Part shown: one piece after another, positions 53,606-64,000 of the stretch
Numbering within the stretch: the stretch's first letter is position 1
Layout: every line of letters starts with the position of its first letter
DNA from: Adineta vaga
Lineage: Eukaryota; Animalia; Rotifera
Assembly (NCBI GenBank): GCA_021613535.1
Contig: CP075496.1
Location: forward strand, 10,850,001 to 10,914,000
Direction: 5' to 3'
DNA: 64,000 bases
Position numbers and translations under genes: made by a program
The notes under the pieces: model-generated
Told to the model about the DNA's origin: nothing
Databases searched by the model: none
The model's input: the letters and a program-made list of their open reading frames with translations, nothing else

Positions 53606-56600
53606 TTTGCATTTTTGTAAAAAGTTAAAAGGATCAAATAAATGAATGAATGAATGCACTTTTTAATCATGATCACAATATCATAAACATGAAATCTTGT
53701 TTTTAAATTATTGAAGTAATTTGAAGCTTTATTCTTACAATAAGATAAGAAAAGAAGTCGATGCAAATATTAAAGAGATTAGTTTAATATCCTAACAAAA
53801 TAATCTATTCAAAATCGTTATAATAATACATCTGGTGAAGAAAGCAAAAGAATCTTTCTTATTAAGAGAAATATCAGTCGCAATTATTCGATATTTTCTA
53901 TGTACTCAATATAAAAGAGTTCGACACAACGTCGTTTTGTACTATCCTATCGTAACATTAGAACAATGTAGAGAAAAGGAGGAAATCTATCTTCATTATT
54001 ATGATTAATATAGTAAGTTCATACAGATAGAAGTCAATAAGATGGATAGTTGATGTCGAATATTAACAATTTGTCAAAAATATATTTTTAAAAATCATGT
54101 CGGTGATTTTTTTTTATTCTATCCAAATAAGAAGATAAAGTATTTTTAGTACTCTTTAGTGCTTATTAACAGGCCTGTCGACCTTTTTCAAGTGTCTTTT
54201 TGCTCTGTTCTATACTATTTCGTTATTCTTTTTTTTTTGCAAGACAGAATTAGAATTAAATCAACAGCCGTTAGAAATGGAACGAAACACACGCAAACGA
54301 ATGATGATAAAACACGAAAAAAACAGGCATGGATATGATTTTTTCTCTTTGCCATTATTATCGAAAAGGATAAGAAGAAACAGCTTCCAGTCATACTTTC
54401 TTTTCTCATTTTTTTGCCTTTGCATGATAGCTAATTTCGATAGGCAACAATAGGAGATACCGGGAATATCTTATCCTATACATATGTGATCTAGTAGTCA
54501 ATTTTCTTTATGCACACATGAACGTATTGTTTTGTTTGCACTCGTGTTTGTTGTTGCTGAAAGAAGAGTAGCACTCTGTCTCTTCTTCGCTTTCTCTCTT
54601 TCTCTATACATACATATATACATGTATGCGAACACGAACAATTGTTGTAAGGCTTTGACAATGATGACAAAATTCATCTGGGTGAACTACTTCGTATGAC
54701 TACCTGTCTAAGCAAACATTTGACCATCAGCGAACGAAGAGCAAGAGCAAAAGAGAGAACGAAGGAGAGCGAAAAGAAAAAATATGAATGGTAAATAAAG
54801 AAGAGAAACATAATTTGACAACGAAAACGAACACTCACATAGCACTCATGGCATGCTTCGTTTTTTTCTTCTTCTTCTTTTTCTTCTCTTTTTCTCGTCG
54901 TCTTCGTATTCTTTTCTTTTCATCTGATGGTTATGGTAAGTAGTTTATATTCATGATGCGTGTATGTATGTTTGCTCTTCGTGTCGACAGCGAAAAAAAA
55001 ATGCGAAAAGAATCAGTGAGAGACGAGAGACTAGTGTTTTTTTGCTTTTCCTTTTTCTTTAAAAAAAGTGTTTCGATAGGATTGATAGCACATAAAAAAA
55101 ATCGTCGACAATGTCGCGTTGATAGCTGAGGATAAAAATCTTTTCGTTTCATTTTTAGTACATTGACAAATCGAATGAGACGTTGTTCATTATGATTCGT
55201 TTCAAAAAGATCATTTTATATTCATGTTGGTCAGATATAGACAGTCAGTCATCCCTTTTCTCTCTCACCGTAACCCCTGAGGCGACTTTTTTTTCATACA
55301 ATAGAAAGAGCTGTACATCGGCGAAAAGGTGAAATGTCGCAGGGAGAGAGAGAGAGAAAGAAAGAAAGAAAGAAAAGGAGCAATATGAATTAATGCAATT
55401 ATATGCACACGTACATCGAAAAAGAGAAAGAGACATATGGACGATAAAATACTCAGCAGAGGATAAATTTTCTTCGCGACTTTAATTAGTTCATGACTTA
55501 GTGCGCTTTTTCTCAACAGTTAATTAACTGTTTTGAAATTGATTGATCAACATTAATGTTTACGGTCGAATGCAGTTAGATGTTGAATAGGTATGTATTT
55601 TCATTTGTGAAAACAAGTGTATAACAATAGCATGTTTATATTTACTGGTACACACTGAGCGCGAATGTTCGCAGTCAATTTGTAAAATTCAATTATTGAC
55701 TAGAGCACTTCGTGCTTTGGGAAATCCGGTTTTGACGTCTATTTACCATTTCATCTTGGATTAATAGTTTTATTAGAAAAAAATATTTAGTAATATAAAC
55801 TCTTTGTTTTTATGAAAATAACTTCATTAGTTACTATTGGATCTTTATGGAATACAATGCAGTAGATTGAAAGCTAACATATAATTATCAAAATTGCTTT
55901 CTCGATCATAGAACAAAGTTTGATATGAAAGTTCATATATGTATTCATAATCGAAGGGTAATTTCACAAGCTTTTATTAGAGTGCAAATACCTCCTTTTT
56001 TTGTCAACATATCAGAAAATGACAAGTGAAAACATGTACGATAATTTTAAAACAAAAGCATTTACGTCTGATCGAATTCAAATTGTGTTCGTACAGACAC
56101 AATCAATATGTTATCTCAAGTTAGTCTGTGAGGATCAAATTTTAAATCTACAATGTCGTTTTGAAACTTAATTGATCATATTAGGAATATTCATCGTAGA
56201 AGCTCTATATAAACCTAGTAGAGACGCTGCAAATTATGGTTGATACTTCTGTTTCAATTCGCTGTCATCCCTTACTCCATCTCCCTATGCTCTTGGTAGT
56301 CATAAAGATAGAACATTCGTAAATAACAAATTACACAGAATAAAATACGTCTTAGTTTTCTCAACTGATAAACATCCATTCAAATAACCTGCAAATCAGC
56401 AATTAGTAATCTATATGGATTTGTATACAGATATAAAATAAAGATTAAATTGAACTCAATGTATGCAATACAGGTCGCAAGTACAATAATTCTGTCAATA
56501 TGATGTTGCACTGTTATCTTTTAATTGATGACCAAGGTATTGTTATTGCTTATTGATGAACTAGGGTATTAAAGAGCATGTAACTATTCACTTAAATCAA

Positions 56601-57103
56601 TAAATGACTAGACAATAGGTGTGACTTCTTTCACTTTACTTTCAGTCACTTCATACAATTTACAGGTAAGATTTACGACAAAAACAATGATTAGCATAGT
56701 ATTGTGGATAAGGATAAGAATCTAAGAAAAACTTGAAAGAAGACTTTTGAAATGCCCCAAAAGGATAGAAATAAAAAGACTTATGCATGATCATGTAGCT
56801 CAAAACTATTCTATTCTTGTTACAAACAGATCATCTAGAAAACATTCGTGCATATCCATATTCAATATGATTTTTGAATCACCCGAACACGATACTTCTC
56901 TTTTGCAACAAAAACGCTTAATACACCCTTCTTTTATCAGCTCTTCCTTTCTTTCTCACTCAATCACTCATTCATTTATTCATTCACTCACTGATTAAAT
57001 TGACAATGAAATCGGATCACAGATGTGCACTCTCACACTGATCAGGATCGTGTATCTTCAGAGACAACAGACAATAAAAAAGAGAAAGAACCAGCCGATA
57101 TAA

Positions 57104-57128
57104 CATATATATATATATATATATATAT
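57104..57128. repeat. (TA)n microsatellite
   Basis: Alternating AT run; similar runs near 22358, 30057, 44031 and 45982. Confidence 0.8.
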
Positions 57129-57203
57129 AATCAATTATAATATTTATAAACATAAATCCTCTCATTCTTCTACGATCACACTTCTTTTCAATATTAGTAT
57201 AGT

Positions 57204-58096
57204 ATGTATCAACCATATCCAACATCAACACATCCGCATCAAACAAAACAACAACGATTTCATGATAAGTTTCCATTGTCAATTGTTGCCACGTTAGCTA
57301 TCATTCAAATGTTAACTACATTTGCAATCTTCTCTCTGGAGATTGCTCACAATCTGCTTCATATCAAACTAACTAACTTGTTTGTTGGCTTTTGGACAAC
57401 AATACCATTCACTATTTTGTGGATATCGATGTTTTCTGTTGGTGAGTGATTCTTCACCTTGATATTGAGTGATATCGTCTTCTGTTTCTAGTTTGTTGTT
57501 GTCGTCGACAAAGTTGTGCAACTCATGCACTTGTTCAGAATATTCTCGGCTTTATTTTTGCTTGTATGCTGATCGGAATCAATCTTGCTTTTATTCGACA
57601 ACCTGATAAATGTTTTTTCGCAGAAGGAATCTGTCGAACATTACATTGGACAAGTTACATCTCAGATCCGATCGAATGTTTAGTTGATGGTCGTACGAAT
57701 AGTTGTGGCAACACTCGCATATCACTGATCATTGCTCAACTAGCGTGTGGTGTCATTATGGCTATGGTATGTGCTATTTATTTGATCATTTATTGTGCTA
57801 TATTTCTTCGAGAAGCAAAAGTAAGACAATCTGAAGTAACAACAGTGGACGATGCTGTCATGACACCTGTCTATCCATCGAGTGGAAAACAACTACCACT
57901 GGCGATCAGTCATCATCTTCATCATCAATCGTGTACAGTATCTTCACATCCATATTCAGGATCAATGCCAGTAATGATGAATGTTTATCCATCACAAGCA
58001 GCACAAGCGCTACCTCTTGATAGTAACTATATAAACTATAATCCATCGAATGCATATGCAACAATTTATCCACAGATTGGTAATGAACGATTCTAA
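57204..58096 (+). CDS. Four-TM membrane protein, paralog C of the 15907/17316 family
   Basis: HDKFPLSI...SLEIAH...LFVGFW, intron ~57442-57491, then VCCCRRQSCATH...PDKCFF...LIIAQLACGVIMAMVCAIYLIIY; P/Y/S-rich tail. Confidence 0.75.
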
Positions 58097-58200
58097 TGAA
58101 GAACGAACAACAAAAACTGTACTGTTTTATTTGTGTATGATTTGAAAAGACAGGAAAGATGATGGGAAAAATGTTGTGTTTTTGTGTATGAATTCATCGA

Positions 58201-58857
58201 TTAAGTTGGTCGAAGATCGTTTGTATTCGATCTTCATCAATTAGGCCAGTAAATCGAGTGATTTCTTTTCCATTTTTGATTGCCACAACTGAAAAAAGTA
58301 TACACTAATTTATAAACTTATTTTCATGGGGAAAAATACAAATTTTAAATTTCTTTATATCCACTCGAAACTTCAAGAAAATGAAAGTGATGCATTTTGA
58401 TTTTTTTTGCTAGTAGTTTTACCTGTTGGTACAGCTTTAACATTGTATTTACTACTTAATTCGCTGAATTTATCTACATCAATCTTTGCTAATGCAATAT
58501 ATTGATCACCAGAAGACATTTTCACATTGTCATTGTAATCCGTAATTAATTTTTCTAATCGAGGTCCTATATAATACGACATAAAATGACAATCTGTGTG
58601 AAAACTACCTTGTTACCTAAAACTCTGCAGGGTCCACACCTTGTAGAAAGAGTATTTTTATAATTATTTTCATAGTAAAAGTCTTACCAACTAGCATGAA
58701 AATTCACCATCAATGGTTCTTTTTTATCAAGAACTTGTTTCTGGAAATCATCTTCATCTTGTACATGAAAAATATTATTTGAGAATCGTACTATCGATCT
58801 ATGAACTTGGGAAGAAACATTCTTCATGCATAAGCGTCGAGAACTAAGCAGTAACAT
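58201..58857 (-). CDS. TXN2: Mitochondrial thioredoxin
   Basis: Presequence [61 protein letters not shown]; four exons. Confidence 0.93.
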
Positions 58858-59159
58858 TCTCTTCAAATATAATGCATATATATATATCTATAAAATAATT
58901 TCATTCATACTGGTTTGTATTTATTTTTTCAATACAAAATAGAAAATAACAACAAATCTCTGCTTAGAATGCAGAGAAGAGTTCATAACAAATAGGTACA
59001 AAAAGTTCAAAAACAAACAAGAAATTCATACAAAAAATGCTTTGTTTTCAAAAAATAGTGAGAGAAACACACATACACATTTTCAATTTTATATACATAT
59101 CACAACTGTTTTTCATAAGTTGGAAGTATAATAAAGAAAAAGAAACAAAAAAATATATC

Positions 59160-62016
59160 TTATGTTGGACTAATGAGACGATTGGAAAATGGAAGACGTT
59201 TACTTGTTGTAGAAGACTGTTGAAAATCTGACGATGCTGACAATGAAGGAGTATTCAATCTGAAGGAAAAGAATGTATAGAAATGGAATAAAAGACTGGT
59301 AATTCTTACTTGATTGAATTGTCCGACGATGCGATTAACTAAGAGAAGAAAGTTAAAGATTATTTTAAAGTTTTATTACAATAAAAACTACATTACTTCA
59401 TTATCAATTGTAAACCAAAGAGACAAATCAGAGGCATATATTTGCGTAAATTTTGCCTTTTCTAATGCAAGAAATACGTTTGACACTGGAAAATGATACT
59501 GTTCCAGAATAGTTCGAACAAAATCGATTGAATATAGGATGATATTATTTAATGATCGGATATTAATTTGTGTAAATATATTCAAATGAGATTCACGTTT
59601 TATACGTACGGGATGATATTTAATAGCTAAAGCCTAAAGAAACAGAGAAAAGATATGTTTCTTTCGTATGAAATTTTATGTTCTTACATAATGTTTAATA
59701 GTATCAATATCAATATTTGAATGAATTAGTTTAAGTAAGGAACAAATATTGAAATCTGGTAGAAGAATATGTTGTTCATAATGTATAAAGAAGAGCGGTA
59801 TCTTTTGTTGTTGATTATTATTCATTTCTCTGTGAATATGAATGAGTTTAACAACAGGTTCATTTGTAATTGCTGTGCTATTGAGAACATTTGTACGAGA
59901 TAACAGGAGAGAACGTTTCAAAGTTCTAAAAAGCGAATAATTTTAATATTAATTGTAAAGTACAGAATGTAAATATGTAATATAGTACTTACTCTCCTAA
60001 GCGATTGTATAAAGCAATTACAGGATGTTTACATGAACTATTGTTAATGTTACTTGATTTGTGAGGCTAAATACGAATTTATATGATTAACAATTTCTCA
60101 GTGATTTAATGTGCGGATCGATGAAGATTCAGTGATTTTATTTTAAAAAAAAATAGCACATCTATTTGATAGAATCTAATCTTTAACTATCAGTTTCTTA
60201 CCCGAGTACTAATTTGTCTCGAATTATTGATATTTGTTGATTGTAAAATTGCTTTAGCTTTTTTTATATGTATCATATAATCATTCACGCAAACATATTG
60301 TCCTGAACTAGTTACAAATAGATTTGTTTGAAAACATCCATCGTTTCCAACTGATAAGAGTTCGATTTCTGGTAAAACTTGATCAATCACAGCTAAAAAT
60401 TGATCAGTTGCATCATCGAGCCATGTGACATTATCTTTAATATCTTCATCATTTATCGGTGAAATATGAGCTAAACGACATGTTAATGAAAAAACTAAAT
60501 GACGATGAAAATTATCAATTAAATATCTAAGACGATGTATGGGTACATATTCATCCCATGTGCCTAAATCAACATAAAATAAATTGACAGTATTATCAAT
60601 TGGATCGAAATCAAGAATTTGTGAACGATTCCAAATTTTATCATCATCAGATGATTTTGGATCAGCACATATAACACAAAGATTAATATGAATTTGTTCT
60701 GGTGTAACTAAATAGTCTTTGCTTTCAATTTCATTATAAAAATTATTCATTTCACGTTGAAATTTATCAAATTCAATAGCATCTTGTTTTAATTGGATAG
60801 TAAAACAATGAGGATTTAATGCTGCGATGATCATACATGCATGTGTTTGTTGAAGAAGATGATTAGGAATATAGAATTCATAAGAATAACGATTTGAAAC
60901 AATAGCTTGGTGTTTATATTCCAATGCTTTAGATAATTTGTCATCGGTAGTATTTTGACAGAATAAAATCTGTTCTGTTGCACATGTACTTGATTTTAAA
61001 CAAGATTTTGTTTGAGCAACAATTGTTTGTTGTGTCTTTGGTCGAACTAGAGAAGAAAATATAGTTGTCAAAATGCTCTATTAATATATTAGTTTTTCTA
61101 TTACCATTATTATCTTTTGATAAAGAAATATTTGTGTTGAAAGAAACACGTGGTGAATTCATAGATAAACGATGAGAAAATGATTGTCCTATAAATACAG
61201 CAATCATTTATGGATCTTTCAAGAAAAAATCTCTACGATTTTTAAACAAAATATTTACCATTATGAAAACGTAATCGATCTGTTTGTTTAATTATATCCT
61301 TTTCATCTTTATCGTCACAATCAATTAACATTTTACAAACTAATGTATAGCCATTACATAATTGTAGTACATATTCATTAACATAAATAATCGAGACTAT
61401 TTCTGATCGTTGAACAAATGTTAGTGCATCTTGAGGTTTTTCAAATATAACATGAATCTTTCCACTAAACGAATTTGTTGTTCGTGTAGATAGAAGCATT
61501 TTGATTTTACGAACAGGATAGAAACGATTGAAAAACTCTATTAAATCATTATATTGGGCATCACGTGGTAAACCATTGACAACAACAGTTTGATGTAAAT
61601 AAGGATTCTGTTCAATAGTTGGTTCAATTAAAGGTTGTCGTCGACGACGAAGACATACTGGTTCACATAGATCTAGTTCAATGATATTTGATCGTTTGGA
61701 ACGTAATGCATTAAGAATTGTATCATATTTATATGTTGATAATTTATTGAAATGATTTAATCGTTCAACTGGTATCCAACCATTATTATCACGTTCATAT
61801 TTAGCTAAGTTATAATCATTTTTAAGATTATCTTCCGTCAGATATGCTTCAACTATATCAAACAAACAACAATTAAAATGATGTAAAAACAAAGATTGCT
61901 CTTTTCGTATTTACGAAGGGTCTATTTTCTATAGATTATGTGTGTGTCATTCCGAATGAAATAAGATACTTACTCTGTTGAATGATTTTTGAATGTAACA
62001 CATCTATTTCGGCCAT
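59160..62016 (-). CDS. La-motif + RRM + extended Tudor fusion protein (~747 aa)
   Basis: Nine exons with matching phases: 62016-61974, 61852-61259, 61188-61105, 61046-60202, 60066-59993, 59925-59688, 59633-59397, 59338-59310, 59259-59160, total 2244 nt. La motif IIQQIEAYLTEDNLKND...GWIPVERLNHFNKL; RRM TVVVNGLP...FSGKIHVIF; Tudor NPHCFTIQ...WNRSQI...VNLFYVDLG...LRYL...TCRLAHISP. Confidence 0.8.
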
Positions 62017-62224
62017 AATTCAACATATCCTCAATAGAAAACCTCGAACTTCCTATTCGTTTAATTATAATACGATAACGATTTTATTTCTCGTATAAAA
62101 TAGATCTAAAATAAAAATTTGCAAGCAACAAAAAGAATTCAAGTTAAACACAATGAAGAGAAGGAAAACACGCTTGTTCGAAGTTCATTTTTTTCTTTGG
62201 TTTTTTTTTCGGAAAAATATCAAC

Positions 62225-64000
62225 TTAAAGTTCTTTTTTATCTTCATGTTCTTCTTTTTCAAGTCGTTGATGTTGTTCTGAAGATGCTTTAGGTTGTGTA
62301 CCCATACCAAGATCTTTATTAACAACTTGTTTTCGTTTTCCTTTTGGTCGTATTTGTAAAGTCATTATACCAATTAAATATAAGATTAATGTTACAATAT
62401 GACCAACAAAATATACACTCTTCCAATATTTCCATGTATAATGGAAATATTTAAGAATAAAACCAATGGACATATAGTCAAACATTCTTGTACGGAAAAA
62501 CCATGAACAAAAATCATAGACTCGGAGTAGTGGACTATTCTCTGGAATACGTCGACGTACACCAGCTTCCATGACATTTTCAGCAACAATACATGGTGTT
62601 GTAGTTACCATTCCCATATAATAACCCAAATGAATACCATGCCAATAAGCAGAAACAGACATCGTTGCTGGATGACTAAATAATAAGTAATATACATACA
62701 AGAATTTAGAAATTATTGATTAATATATGAAGTATACTCAAAGCAGCAGAGTTTCTTTTTGTCTAAATATCATTCTTTGTTATGTTTGATTAGTGAGTAT
62801 AATTCAAACTGAAGTAGCTATCTTCTTCGTGAATCTTTCTTAGTTTAGTCGTTTTATATAGGCATTCAGTGTTAAATAGGAGATGATCTATCATCCTTTG
62901 TTCTATATAGAAAAAACGTTTATCATACGCTATTTGACGCCATTTAATTCGTTTATAAACACATGTTGCCATCCAATATTGAACACTCATATTCCAGTAT
63001 CGTAGTACTTCTTTGACCGTTAATGCTGTTTCACATTTCCATTCATCTATGTTATGAATTGTTTCAAAATCATAACCAATTGTATTCGGTGCCTGTTCAT
63101 AACTAAAAAAAACATTTTTATAAATAAATAACAAAAATAAAATAGATAATTGAATTTAAACATACGCATGTTTTAATGCAACAAGATCTGTTGGACCTTG
63201 TCCTAAATAAAAGAAGATAGTTTTCTGTCACATATATTTATATATTTCAAACCTGGTCGTGGTTTACTAGCTAATGGATAGGCTCCAAAACCTCCTGCCA
63301 TACACATACATTCAGCTAATAACCAAGCGGAATAGAATCGAAAACGAAATAATGTAAATATTAATGGCATATAGAGTAATCGATACCAAAGTGGATTGTC
63401 ATAAAATTTATCATCTAATGCATCCTAAAGAAAAATAGATTCATTCAAAAAAGAAGAATCTTTTATTCATATTAGCGAGGCGTTACATTAAATGAAACCA
63501 TTGTTGAAAGAAGTAAATAAGTTAATATGTAAATTGAGCCAAAAATTACACGTTTTCTCATAAATGCTAGGCCATTAATATGCACTCCATGTTTCATTTC
63601 CAACCAATCATGATATGTTCGATAGCGATAATATGGACCTAAAGAATTGAATATTTGTATGATGAATATGAGTAAATTTAATTTTCGAAAAAGAATTACC
63701 AGTCAAAAGACCAATATAACAAAAAGCATACTGAAAAACTCTCCATGTCGTTGGTTTAACTGATAGATACATATCTTGCAGATGTAACTTCTCACTTTCT
63801 TCTGTATTTGGTTGTTGACGAATCGTTTTCAAACGTGTATATGAATCATGCCATTCAAAAGCTACTCCAACAAGCTACAAAAATATAATATTGTTACTAA
63901 TTCGAATGAATCTTTTCATTTTTTGTTTCCATACTTTCAATGTTAACATCAATTGAATCGCATTACTATGTGATACAGGTAATCGTATTGAAAACAAATT
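62225..64000 (-). CDS. MBOAT7: Lysophospholipid acyltransferase MBOAT7/LPIAT1 (5'-truncated by window)
   Basis: TLKLVGVAFEWHD, YAFCYIGLLTGPYYRY, FRFRFYSAWLLAEC, FETIHNID, WNMSVQYWM, catalytic SAYWHGIHLGYY. Confidence 0.93.

Noticed and set aside
54215-57297. Short F/L/S/K/I-rich ORFs in non-coding regions
   Set aside because: Translations of low-complexity AT, GA and TA tracts; no domain or splice support.

Overview
AT-rich (roughly 70% A+T by eye), gene-dense eukaryotic genomic DNA with mostly 45-70 nt GT-AG introns. Composition, compaction and gene content best fit a bdelloid rotifer (Adineta/Rotaria-like); this is an inference. About 27 protein-coding genes can be assembled by hand. Recognisable ones are a vasopressin/oxytocin-superfamily GPCR (partial), LysMD3/4, ARMC10-like, RPL18, DCAF6, PMPCA, MRTF, SLC15A4-like, FAM107-like, CRELD, netrin, COX6B, an insect-type aaNAT, SPPL2, TXN2 and MBOAT7 (partial); the rest look lineage-specific. 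No rRNA, tRNA, CRISPR array or intact transposon was recognised. Highlights: (1) a ~1740-aa low-complexity protein with ~28 W-x-N-P-Y-W-K-[DE] motifs, split in the ORF track by one intron and a 1-nt frameshift; (2) a 9-exon gene fusing a La motif and RRM to an extended Tudor domain, both with altered binding pockets; (3) several head-to-tail gene pairs 100-300 nt apart with a poly(A) signal followed by an unpaired splice acceptor, suggesting SL trans-spliced operons that include several mitochondrial genes; (4) a decayed duplicate of the netrin EGF2 exon inside an intron; (5) two tandem micro-genes with DxNGDG loops and Gly-Tyr tails behind a shared CRE/TATA promoter. Exon boundaries were read manually and may be off by a few nt.
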